Part shown: positions 39,814-48,922 of the stretch, in pieces
How the letters are laid out: each line of letters begins with the position of its first letter
How positions within the stretch are numbered: the first letter of the stretch is position 1
Origin: an uncultured Pirellulaceae bacterium
GTDB taxonomy: Bacteria; Planctomycetota; Planctomycetia; Pirellulales; Pirellulaceae
Direction of reading: 5' to 3'
NCBI GenBank assembly: GCA_964595515.1
Contig: CAZQQR010000001.1
Span: 18,883 to 70,096 of the forward strand
Length of the DNA: 51,214 bases
Position numbers and translations under genes: made by a program
Notes under the pieces: generated by a model
Database searches by the model: none
Seen by the model: only the letters and a program-made list of their open reading frames with translations
Told to the model about the DNA's origin: nothing

Positions 39814-39937
39814 GGAGGAACCTCATTCGCAAACGAAAATGCCTAGTGAAGGCTACTATTTCCTGACAGGTTTTGACTGAATTACCCCTCAGGAAATTCC
39901 ATTATATTTACGATTAGCCTTACATTTTGTGATCTCT

Positions 39938-40246
39938 TTAGAAATTAGGAGATTTCGCGCCACCTTCGGTTTCCGGTTTTGCTGCTGATACCGGTTGACC
40001 GCCCGCTTCACCCTCTCTTGGCTTCACCAAACCAGCTTCGATCAGTTGTTTCACGAGGTTTTCCATGGCACTGAAGCTTCGAAGGAACCCATCTGGTGGC
40101 ATCACGATTCGCTTAGAAACTTCTAAACGAGGCTTACTTTCAGGGTCGTTTTGTGATCCGACCAACGTAACCAAGTCCAAACGGACCATTCCACCGGACA
40201 AGTTAATCTCGCCAATTCCATCCGCAAAAATATTCTTATCTGTCAT
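39938..40246 (-). CDS. Small uncharacterised protein heading the T1SS locus
   Basis: 102 aa, IFADGIGEINLSGGMVRLDL...RIVMPPDGFLRSFSAME; GGAG SD; co-oriented with the cargo gene, hlyB and hlyD. Confidence 0.8.
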   Translation of the reverse strand: MTDKNIFADGIGEINLSGGMVRLDLVTLVGSQNDPESKPRLEVSKRIVMPPDGFLRSFSAMENLVKQLIEAGLVKPREGEAGGQPVSAAKPETEGGAKSPNF

Positions 40247-40577
40247 CCTGAGTCTCCATTTTGTTTGAATTAGACGTCTACTTTTGAATTGAGTCGTTGG
40301 TGAGGCAACTAGTTCCGCTCACTTATTAACTCTCAGTCCACTAAATAACAAAATCTGCTTTCAAAGGCCAGACTGCAACCTGGGTAGCAAACTCGACAGC
40401 ACCTGCAATTGCCGTCGGTTTTGCTTTGCGGCAATTTACCTGTCTTAACAGCAGGGGCATAAATCAATTGGGCATTCAGTCTTCCTTCGAAATCGCATCG
40501 ACACGGCTTCCAAATTTCGCTAATTAGACCAGCTGCAAATTTTAAATTCGGTTAGTCGACCCGCCCAGCAAAACAAG

Positions 40578-41099
40578 ATGATGGATTTTCTTCATAACAT
40601 TTGGCAAGCCTTTAAAGGTTCGCTGCGAGGTTTTGATTCGTCAAAACAACTCGCACTTGGCGTAATGCTGGGCCTAATGATCGGGCTGATTCCCAAAGAC
40701 AGTCTGCTTGTGTACCTAATTGCTGCCATGGCAATTCTCACGAATGCAAACCTGTTTGCGATTGGTTGTTCGGCAGTTCTGTTCAGTTGGATTGGACCCA
40801 TGTTGGATCCATTTACCCATTCAATCGGACTTTGGGTTTTAACGTTTGACCCTTTCGAAATGATGATTGCCAGAATCTATAACCTGCCGTTTGCGCCTTG
40901 GACACGAATTGAAAATACCGTCGTGACGGGTTCGTTCGTCTTGAGTCTACTTCTGGCGATAGCTTTTTACCCTGTCGCCGAAATGCTGTTCCAACGATTT
41001 GGGGCTTCTGCCTACCGCAAACTCATGGAAAGCCGTTTGGCCCAATGGTTCATTGGCATTCCACCACGTTCCACCCAACAACAACTTCAACAGAGTTAG
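40578..41099 (+). CDS. TIGR03546 family membrane protein (DUF2062-like)
   Basis: QLALGVMLGLMIGLIP, LDPFTHSIG, YNLPFAPWTRIENTVVTGS; paired with a TIGR03545-like gene. Confidence 0.85.
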   Translation: MMDFLHNIWQAFKGSLRGFDSSKQLALGVMLGLMIGLIPKDSLLVYLIAAMAILTNANLFAIGCSAVLFSWIGPMLDPFTHSIGLWVLTFDPFEMMIARIYNLPFAPWTRIENTVVTGSFVLSLLLAIAFYPVAEMLFQRFGASAYRKLMESRLAQWFIGIPPRSTQQQLQQS

Positions 41100-41105
41100 T
41101 CGCCA

Positions 41106-42830
41106 ATGATACGTTGGTCGTATCTTATTACCCGAATGATCATCTTGATGTTGCTGGTCGCTGCTTTGGCGATGAGCGCGGATCCGCTTGCGCAGCAATT
41201 TACTGTTGGGAGCCTCGAAAAGGCGACCGGAGCAAAAGTTGACATTGGGCAACTGAAAGTTTCTTTAGGGAAGCAAAAGGTCTACATCAAGGAAATTGGA
41301 ATCGCGGACCCCAAGAATCCAATGACTAATCTTGTCCAAGCTGATATGGCTTATCTGAATCTGGATCGCGGCCCGTTGGCTCGCCGCCAATTCGTGGTTA
41401 ACCATGGCCAAGCCAGTAATGTCGTGTTTGGCGCGCCGAGAACCGAAGATGGATCTATCTCCGAATCGCCACTATTAGCAGCCCAGACGAAATGGTCTCC
41501 GAAACAGTTTGCCGCTCCTGGTGAGCGCGCTCAAGATTGGGTCGACAGCCTGAGTTTTGTTGATTCTAGCGATCCCGCCAACCTGGATCTCGAATTGGTA
41601 TCACTTGCTCAGCAAAATACCGCGCTCTGGAAATCCGAACTGACTCAAATCAATTCTGAAGTCCAGGAGCTTGACCGTCGAACACGGGTCGTAAAAGAAA
41701 TTCAAAAAGACGACTTGAATAATCCGCTTCGTAGGGAAAAGGTCTTAAGCGAAGGGGACTTGGATGCGATCAATCTGAAATCGAAGGCACTTGCCAGTCG
41801 GCTAATCGAATTGCAAACCAAAGCGATCGAAGTCAGACAAGCTCTCAAGGTCGCGCATCAATCTGATATTTCAAAAATCAATGCTGCATCAGGTGCGCCG
41901 GCTTTCAATAGTGATACGGTGTCCGATCTACTGCTTGGAGACATGAACGAAGAGTTCATCGGTGAAATCTTGGGTTGGTTTCATTGGTTCAAAAATGCCA
42001 TTCCTGAACCGGCAACCAATCAATCTTTGAGGGGTGTTAACTTGCCACTGTATGGCGTTGAACAGAAGCCTTCGTTTTTGATCAAGACAATTGACTTGGA
42101 AGGGCAAGGTTGGATCGCCAATCGACACATTAGTTTTGCAGGCACCGCATACGATCTGACTCACCAACCTCGACTTCACGACCAGCCTGCCTCGTTTGAT
42201 CTTCGAGCCCAAGGCAACGAGCACGTTTTGATTTCTTGCGTGCTTGATCGACGAACCGATAAAACGATCGATACACTTGGGATCCTTTGCCCCGATCTGG
42301 AGCTGCCTTCGAGGATGCTTGGCGAAGAGAACAGCATGTTGGTAACGATGGGAGCTGGATCAAAAATTCAAGCCGATGTGAAGATTCAATTGATTGACGA
42401 CCAAGTTCAAGGGAAAATTGTCTTCCGACACTCCAACGTTTCCTTGCATGTAGATGAAGTGCATCCGATGGCGGGGGGCAAAGACGTGGCCCTTCAAATG
42501 AATCGTGGTCTTGGTGAACTGAAGCAATTCGAATCTGAGATTCTGCTTTCAGGCACGATCTCTGACTACCATTATCGAGCCACCAGTGATTTTGGTCCTC
42601 AATTCGCAAATTCCGTAAACCGTTTGCTTGTGGATAAAGAAGAATTGGTTTCGAAACGGAGGATATCTGAATTGGACCAAATCCTCGACATTCAACTGCA
42701 GAACATCGATCAACAAGTCATTCCTATGATTGAGTCTCTATCCCAGTCATTGGACAAATACAATTTCGAAATGGCGAGTGTTCGAAATTTGATCTCTCCG
42801 CCACTTGGTTCAGCCACCAAGCTTCGATAA
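41106..42830 (+). CDS. TIGR03545 family protein
   Basis: MIRWSYL, TM anchor, EKATGAKVDIG, IADPKNPMTNL, FGAPRTEDG, coiled coil; 6 bp after the TIGR03546-like gene. Confidence 0.8.
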   Translation: MIRWSYLITRMIILMLLVAALAMSADPLAQQFTVGSLEKATGAKVDIGQLKVSLGKQKVYIKEIGIADPKNPMTNLVQADMAYLNLDRGPLARRQFVVNHGQASNVVFGAPRTEDGSISESPLLAAQTKWSPKQFAAPGERAQDWVDSLSFVDSSDPANLDLELVSLAQQNTALWKSELTQINSEVQELDRRTRVVKEIQKDDLNNPLRREKVLSEGDLDAINLKSKALASRLIELQTKAIEVRQALKVAHQSDISKINAASGAPAFNSDTVSDLLLGDMNEEFIGEILGWFHWFKNAIPEPATNQSLRGVNLPLYGVEQKPSFLIKTIDLEGQGWIANRHISFAGTAYDLTHQPRLHDQPASFDLRAQGNEHVLISCVLDRRTDKTIDTLGILCPDLELPSRMLGEENSMLVTMGAGSKIQADVKIQLIDDQVQGKIVFRHSNVSLHVDEVHPMAGGKDVALQMNRGLGELKQFESEILLSGTISDYHYRATSDFGPQFANSVNRLLVDKEELVSKRRISELDQILDIQLQNIDQQVIPMIESLSQSLDKYNFEMASVRNLISPPLGSATKLR

Positions 42831-42857
42831 TTCGGTTTGATGATCAGCAATGATCGT

Positions 42858-43166
42858 TTACTTGCTGGTCCGCGGAAACGAATGAGAGCCGCCACTAAGA
42901 TCAGCACCAAAATCGGATTGGTAGTCTGACTCAACTGAAACTTGGTCAACCAAGCTCATCACTCCTGGCACCGTTTGACAAGACGTTAGAGCGATCTGCT
43001 TTTCGTAGTACGAATGTACGACACCTGAAAGCGTGACTGATCCTCTTTCGACTTCGATATCAAGATTCCTGAAAACTGGGAAATGCCGACTGTTCAGGAA
43101 CCGCACGACGTGCTGCCGTAGGTCCTGATCTGATTGGGCGACTCGAATATTCTCTGTTGAACTCAT
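42858..43166 (-). CDS. BON domain protein
   Basis: LDIEVERGSVTLSGVVHSYYEKQIA...VPGVMSLVDQVSV. Confidence 0.85.
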   Translation of the reverse strand: MSSTENIRVAQSDQDLRQHVVRFLNSRHFPVFRNLDIEVERGSVTLSGVVHSYYEKQIALTSCQTVPGVMSLVDQVSVESDYQSDFGADLSGGSHSFPRTSK

Positions 43167-43695
43167 TTTGCGATCCTTCTTGCATCACTCTACGAACGGA
43201 TAAGAAAAGTGGTCGTAGGTCCATTTCGCCAAGTCGCAAATTTTCGAACTCTGGCGTTTTCGAAACAAACTCGGTTTTTAAATGACTTTGTTCTAAAAAA
43301 TTTCGCGACGTTATATGTCAATCCATTGTGCCCGAAGGCAGGTGCAAGTCTCTGTCGCGATCAAAATCATATCCGATAGGCCGTCGATGACTCACAAAAA
43401 AAATCGGAATTGCAAATGTGCTATCATCCCTTGTGGGTCGATTGGGGCGATCCATGTTCCGAAAAGAATTAATTCAGAAAAGATAGGACAGCCGGGGAGG
43501 GCTTTGATGAATTGACGCAAGCAAGTCGAATCAAAAAGGACTCATTGTTGTTGCTTATCTGAAACGCAATTCGAACAACAGACAGTGGTCTTAAAATCGA
43601 ACACGTCGTTGTAACTTCTGCGCGTACCACACGTTCGAATTTTTGGATTCAGGTTTACAATCCGATTCGATGACGACATACTTTTGGTCTTGGCA

Positions 43696-44610
43696 ATGAG
43701 ACCCCACCAACTGAATCAACCCTCCGGGATGCACATGCGGGCGGATACCCTTGATCGAATTTCGATCTGTCAGTTCTCTACTTACCGATGGAATTTCTTC
43801 GAAGATGTGCTGCGGTATGCCGCGCACGGTTTTAATTCGATGGGAGTTTGGAGAAGAAAGCTCGATGATTTTGGGTTGGACGCTGCCGCTGATCTTCTTT
43901 TCGAAATGAAGATGAATGTCTCCAGTATTCATTGGGCTGGTGGTTTCACTGGCGATGGACAGACGTTTAAATCAGCGATTGAAGACGCGTTTGAATCGAT
44001 TCAGATTGCCAGTCGATTGAATGCTGGTTGTTTAATTGTTCATCCCGGTTCTCGAAACGGTCATACAACGACCCACGCAAAACGTTTGTGGAAATCGGCA
44101 CTACAAAAAATCTTACCTGTGGCATCGGACTTTGGCGTCCAGATTGCCATCGAGCCGGTTTTGTCGAAAGCACCATCCTCCTGGACGTTCCAAAATTCTC
44201 TCGCGGAAACGCTTCAGACGCTTCAGGAATTTCCTAGTGCGAATCTTGGGATCGCGTTAGACATGTACGAGGTCGGCTTGGATCCGACTGTTTTTGAATC
44301 GCTTCAAGAGTTTGCTTCCCGAATCAAATTGGTCCAGTTTTCGGATCGTTGCGGCAAAGAGTGGGAAAACCAGTCCGGATTGGTCAAAAACGAGTCCAAT
44401 CGATTGCCAATCGGAAAAGGCGACGTTCAGTTTGATCGCTGGTTGGCCACGCTGCAGGAACTTGGATATCACGGAAATATCGAAGTCGAGATTCACAACG
44501 GATCGGCCGAATCTGAGTACGCTGATTTGTTGTCGTCGACGCGTTCATTTTTCACGTCGCAAAAAATCCGAGAGCTCACCAGTATCTCGAAATCAGCTCA
44601 ACGAACTTAG
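43696..44610 (+). CDS. Sugar phosphate isomerase/epimerase (xylose isomerase-like TIM barrel)
   Basis: WAGGFTG, LIVHPG, IAIEP, VQFSD, RLPIGKG, GYHGNIEVEI; start may be 43729 or 43735. Confidence 0.8.
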   Translation: MRPHQLNQPSGMHMRADTLDRISICQFSTYRWNFFEDVLRYAAHGFNSMGVWRRKLDDFGLDAAADLLFEMKMNVSSIHWAGGFTGDGQTFKSAIEDAFESIQIASRLNAGCLIVHPGSRNGHTTTHAKRLWKSALQKILPVASDFGVQIAIEPVLSKAPSSWTFQNSLAETLQTLQEFPSANLGIALDMYEVGLDPTVFESLQEFASRIKLVQFSDRCGKEWENQSGLVKNESNRLPIGKGDVQFDRWLATLQELGYHGNIEVEIHNGSAESEYADLLSSTRSFFTSQKIRELTSISKSAQRT

Positions 44611-44850
44611 TTGCTTCGTCCGCTGTGCTAAATGTTTGAAGCATTGCAAAGAACGCTGCAGACCAACTCAGCCGGCCAGCGAATCAAAATTGAATCAGCT
44701 TTACAGAATTAAGTAAGTTCGATTGCCAGAGTTTTTTCGGACAGGATTTTCAAGACGAACAGGATGTGAGTCGAAATGTTGCTAGTCATTCATCCTGTCA
44801 AATGTTAAGTTCATTTCAGACGAACTCTTCAAACTCGGAATCAAAACTCC

Positions 44851-46215
44851 CTACTCGGGGATCAATTCAAAACAAGCCATTTGGTCTTTGCCACGAACGT
44901 ACATCAACCCGTGTGAAATCACGGGGGCGGCCCAACACGGTGAGCGGAATTTGATTCCTCCGTCCGTGCCATTCGATTTGTACCGTGTTACCTCTTCAAA
45001 TTTTTTGGGATTTGCTTTGATCAACAAAAGCTCTCCCATTTCGCCGACAACGATAAAATGCCCATCCACCAGTGTCAGTGATGATCTTGATAGTCCGCTC
45101 TTTTTCCATTGAAGCTCGCCGGTTTTCCAGTTCACACATCGAAGCTCCGCTGGCGCTGCATGTCGACCACTACAGCCATACATGAAATCGCCGACAACGA
45201 TCGGCGTATTCCAATGCGCCTCCATTGCCTTGTCTCGTTTACCTCGATCATTCCAAATCGAAGTCATGCTGCCTTCATCAAGTTGGATCAAAGCGCTTCC
45301 AATCTCGTAGCACTCTGAAATCAAAACCGTTCCTTTGTCTACGACGACGGGTGTGCTCGCATTCACGCTTTCGAGCTTTCTCGATCGCCACGGAAACTCA
45401 GAGAGAACTTTGCCAGTGCGTGGCTCAACAGCAAATAGTTTTGATCTCATCAACGCCAACAAAACCGGCGACCCTTCTAACTCGGTCAACTTGAGAGAAG
45501 CGTAGCTGGCGAGATCATCCACTGCCGTGTATTTGATTTGTCCCGTCAATTTGTCGAGAGCCACGATTCCTGTCTTGTTTGGAACGACAAGATCGAGCCT
45601 GCCCGGCGGAGCCTTTTTCTTTGATTCCTCTGGACTACCTCCGACCATGACCAGCAATAGATCCTCAAATATTACTGGCGTACTGGAAACACCAAAAAAA
45701 TTCTGGATCACTCCGAACTTTTCGTTCATTGGGAGCTTCCATATAACTTTACCTGTCTCAGTATTAAGGCAGTGGATTGTGCCTTCGACCCCGTAAATGT
45801 AAACGCGATCGCCATCGATAACCGGGCTTGTTCTAGGTCCGCTGTCGTAACCATACAAATCACGGTATTTCGATTCGTACTCGAACTTCCAAACTTCCTT
45901 TCCCGTCTCTGCGTTCAGGCACAACAAAGTTGCTCGATCATTGAGAAAGCCAAAATGGTAAAACTTTCCATTGGAGACTGACCCGATACTATATCCCTGG
46001 CCTGTTTTGACTTGCCACAAGAGTTTTAACTTGTCGTCGCTCCAGTCCTTTATGATTCCAGTTTCATTAGATTTCCCGTCGGTTCCAGTTCCAAGAAACG
46101 TTGGCCAGTCCTCGCCGACCATTCTTGTCCCAATGTCTTCTTGTCCGATTACAGGCCGGAGGAAAAACGACAAAGCCAGAACCACAACGAGGCAAACTTG
46201 ATTTTTCGGATTCAT
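44851..46215 (-). CDS. Secreted PQQ-like beta-propeller repeat protein (planctomycete BamB-like family)
   Basis: Signal peptide, EDWPTFLG, repeated CLNAETGKEVW, GPRTSPVIDG, STPV, PCWAAPVISHGLMYVR. Confidence 0.85.
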   Translation of the reverse strand: MNPKNQVCLVVVLALSFFLRPVIGQEDIGTRMVGEDWPTFLGTGTDGKSNETGIIKDWSDDKLKLLWQVKTGQGYSIGSVSNGKFYHFGFLNDRATLLCLNAETGKEVWKFEYESKYRDLYGYDSGPRTSPVIDGDRVYIYGVEGTIHCLNTETGKVIWKLPMNEKFGVIQNFFGVSSTPVIFEDLLLVMVGGSPEESKKKAPPGRLDLVVPNKTGIVALDKLTGQIKYTAVDDLASYASLKLTELEGSPVLLALMRSKLFAVEPRTGKVLSEFPWRSRKLESVNASTPVVVDKGTVLISECYEIGSALIQLDEGSMTSIWNDRGKRDKAMEAHWNTPIVVGDFMYGCSGRHAAPAELRCVNWKTGELQWKKSGLSRSSLTLVDGHFIVVGEMGELLLIKANPKKFEEVTRYKSNGTDGGIKFRSPCWAAPVISHGLMYVRGKDQMACFELIPE

Positions 46216-46260
46216 CCCACACACTTTCAAACGACACACCGACTAACCTGCTAGACAGAC

Positions 46261-46680
46261 ATGTTAAACGTAAACGAAAAAATCTCGATCCCGCTTTCTG
46301 AATTCGATTTTAGTTATGCGCGCTCGTCCGGACCGGGCGGGCAAAATGTCAACAAAGTGAATTCGAAAGTGATCCTTAAGTGGGACATAGGACGGACACG
46401 AGCAATTCCAGAATCGGTCAAACAACGGTTCTGTCAAAAATACAAACGCCGGATCTCACGGACGGGTGTGCTGACGATGAACAGCCACCGATTTCGTGAT
46501 CAAGGCCGCAATGTAGCCGATGTGCTGAGCAAACTACGTGAACTTGTGCTTTCAGTTGCAGAAGAGCCCAAGGTTCGCAAAAAGAAACGAGTATCAAGAG
46601 CCTCTAAACAAAGACGGTTGGATAGCAAAAAGCGGTTGTCGGACAAAAAGCAATCACGACGAAACCCAAGACTCGATTAG
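46261..46680 (+). CDS. arfB: Alternative ribosome-rescue peptidyl-tRNA hydrolase ArfB
   Basis: ARSSGPGGQNVNKVNSKV, RDQGRN, basic C-terminal tail RRLDSKKRLSDKK. Confidence 0.95.
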   Translation: MLNVNEKISIPLSEFDFSYARSSGPGGQNVNKVNSKVILKWDIGRTRAIPESVKQRFCQKYKRRISRTGVLTMNSHRFRDQGRNVADVLSKLRELVLSVAEEPKVRKKKRVSRASKQRRLDSKKRLSDKKQSRRNPRLD

Positions 46681-46925
46681 TGGAAACTTATTCGCCATTT
46701 TATCCGCCATTTCTATCACCCTATAAACATCACTCCTGACCAAATCGTCCAATCCGGAAAGTCCGGCCGATTGGATTATTCTCAACTTGGCCTTCGTATC
46801 CTGACGATTTTAAAGACAATTACGTCAATACTCACGGGTCTTCGGACAACTGATAGTGGCCCGCGGCAGGGATATGATTTGGAAACGTATAGTTCCAATG
46901 AGGCGATAGTCCATGGAGCAAGCAA

Positions 46926-47684
46926 ATGGAATACAGACAAGATATCGACGACATTTTGACTCAGTGGCCATTCGATCCAATGAGTATCAACGTTCGGATG
47001 CTTGAATCGAGCCATCGACGTGTTTTACAAATGCGGGTCGATATGGGAATCCTCCAGTTGGAAACCGAGGGCCGTCCTGATGGCGTCGATTTTCAAGGTG
47101 CGTCGACTTACTTTGAGTTTCTGCAAAAGAAGACAAAGCAGCACTCTGAGGATTTGGAACTGGATGAGGACACTTGTCTAGAAATCGATCGTGAGTTTGT
47201 TCAATTCTATCACCGCCGAGTTTGCTGGCTTCAACTAAAAGAGTTCAAACTGGCGGTTCGTGACGCGGACCATACGCTTGGGCTGATGGATTTTTGCAAA
47301 GCCCATTCAAACGATGAACAGTGGACTATTTCCCATGAACAATACCGTCCATTTGTGCTTTACCACCGGACACAAGCCGCTGCTTTGAGTCACTTGAACG
47401 GCGAAGAAGACAACGAATCGCCCAACGCGGTTGAGTTGGCCATCGAAGAGGTCAACAAGGGGCTTGCATCGATGGAAGATCTGTTTGCTGAGTACGACGC
47501 AGAAGAGCAGTACGACGACGATGAGTTGGTTCTGCGTCTTACTGAATTCCGCGAAGGACTGCGTGAACGCTATGAGATCGGAATGACGCTCAGCGAACAA
47601 CTTGACGCCGCCGTTAGCCAAGAGGACTATGAACTCGCTGCAAGGCTAAGAGATGAGCTGTCCAACCGAGGCGAAGACAAGTAG
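46926..47684 (+). CDS. UvrB/UvrC (UVR) motif-containing planctomycete protein
   Basis: LQMRVDMGILQLETEGRPDG, REFVQFYHRR, C-terminal QLDAAVSQEDYELAARLRDEL. Confidence 0.85.
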   Translation: MEYRQDIDDILTQWPFDPMSINVRMLESSHRRVLQMRVDMGILQLETEGRPDGVDFQGASTYFEFLQKKTKQHSEDLELDEDTCLEIDREFVQFYHRRVCWLQLKEFKLAVRDADHTLGLMDFCKAHSNDEQWTISHEQYRPFVLYHRTQAAALSHLNGEEDNESPNAVELAIEEVNKGLASMEDLFAEYDAEEQYDDDELVLRLTEFREGLRERYEIGMTLSEQLDAAVSQEDYELAARLRDELSNRGEDK

Positions 47685-47710
47685 TTTCGCTGACAAGTAG
47701 TTTCGCTGAC
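47676..47710. repeat. Tandem 16-bp duplication GACAAGTAGTTTCGCT spanning the stop codon
   Basis: Exact copies at 47676-47691 and 47692-47707 plus a partial GAC. Confidence 0.85.
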
Positions 47711-48185
47711 CGGGGCTCAAGGGTTTAGTGCCTTTGGATACGCTGGCCCTCAAGTCGTCCCGCGCGTTCGCGGTGAGCGTCGTCATGGAAACTTCGTGCC
47801 CGAGCAAGGGCGAGACCGGCTCGCCGACGTCCTCGATCTGAGAATCGGCTCGCAAGCAAAGAAGAAGCCGATCAACTCCGAGTTTCATCGGATGCTCGCC
47901 GTCCGAAATCTGGATCCAGTTTCGACGCTATTTGTCTAAGCAAGAACGCTAGCTTGAAACGCATCACAGAAGTGCAACACAGGTTGAACACATTTTTTCT
48001 TGTTTGCTAGCGTTGTCGCAACGTGAAGGAAACGTGTCAACTTGAGTCAATTTCTACAATGGGTGAACATTTTTTACAAATTGAGACTCTTCATTTGCGA
48101 ATCAATACGTGAATAAGAGTATGGATTGTAAGCGAATCTCTAAAACCACGTCCAAGTTGTAGTTGAATTCGAGTTACTTCATCGG

Positions 48186-48202
48186 TTGGCATAATAAGTG
48201 CA
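48186..48202 (+). promoter_or_regulatory. Sigma-54 (-24/-12) promoter of csrA
   Basis: TTGGCATAATAAGTGCA with exact GG-N10-GC spacing, about 65 bp upstream of the csrA ATG. Confidence 0.6.
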
Positions 48203-48267
48203 AAGGAATGAAGTCCTCGACACAGCGTGTGTCGCAGGAAGATCCTAATCAGCAAAGGAATGTAAGA

Positions 48268-48750
48268 ATGCTAGTACTATCAAGAAAAATCAATCAGGAA
48301 ATCGTAATTGGCGAGAACATCAAGATTACGGTTTTAAAAGTCAAAGGAAACACAGTTCGTTTGGGCATCGACGCGCCTCGTGAAATCCATGTGGTGCGTG
48401 GTGAATTGGCACCTAAAAGCCAGACTACAGATGTTTCACTGTCTCACGACGCGTTGCCGACCAAAGCCTCGGCCCAATCTTCTAAACCGACTAGCACTGA
48501 ATTTACGGTCGTCTTCCGCAACGACAACGAGCCGGCCAATGTCGATGTCGTTCCGTTTAAAAACGATCGTCCATCAGCGGGTCCAGGTCAGTCAACTGGC
48601 CCTGTTAATCGGTTCGCAACAAATGACGATGGGAAATCAGAAGTAATCTCGTTCCGTGGGCAGGTTCCCCAACCGCTTCAGAGAAACAGGTTGCAGGATA
48701 TGGTGAGGAACATGACAGCGAAAACGGAATCATCAACTGAAGGAAACTAA
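48268..48750 (+). CDS. csrA: Carbon storage regulator CsrA with ~110-aa C-terminal extension
   Basis: MLVLSRKINQEIVIGENIKITVLKVKGNTVRLGIDAPREIHVVRGEL; AAGGA SD before ATG 48268. Confidence 0.9.
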   Translation: MLVLSRKINQEIVIGENIKITVLKVKGNTVRLGIDAPREIHVVRGELAPKSQTTDVSLSHDALPTKASAQSSKPTSTEFTVVFRNDNEPANVDVVPFKNDRPSAGPGQSTGPVNRFATNDDGKSEVISFRGQVPQPLQRNRLQDMVRNMTAKTESSTEGN

Positions 48751-48922
48751 CTGCGACTTTGTCGTCAACAATACGTCTCCAGGAAGTTAACCGCGCCCAC
48801 TCAGTGTATTGAGTGATCAAGCGTTATGGCAGGATGCCATCGGTTAATCTTGGTGTCGACTCCGTCGACAGTCCTTTTAACTTTTCCTGACAATCTTCTA
48901 GTGATCGGCCGGCTTCAGTGGG

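Noticed and set aside
40355-40371. Sigma-54 promoter for the T1SS locus on the minus strand (CTGGCCTTTGAAAGCAG)
   Set aside because: Spacing is GG-N9-GC, whereas sigma-54 needs N10
40407-40436. c-di-GMP-I riboswitch-like hairpin (contains CGCAAAGC on the minus strand)
   Set aside because: Only one 8-bp stem (AATTGCCG/CGGCAATT); the GNRA P2 stem and two-hairpin architecture are missing
43167-43695. Long divergent intergenic region as an ncRNA or small-gene locus
   Set aside because: AT-rich with only short TTCGAA-type palindromes; no convincing structure or ORF, consistent with promoter DNA
47676-47710. CRISPR repeat
   Set aside because: Two adjacent 16-bp copies with no spacer and no cas genes
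48163-48267. N-terminal extension of CsrA in the ORF track
   Set aside because: CsrA proteins start at MLVL; an SD precedes ATG 48268 and the extension overlaps the predicted promoter
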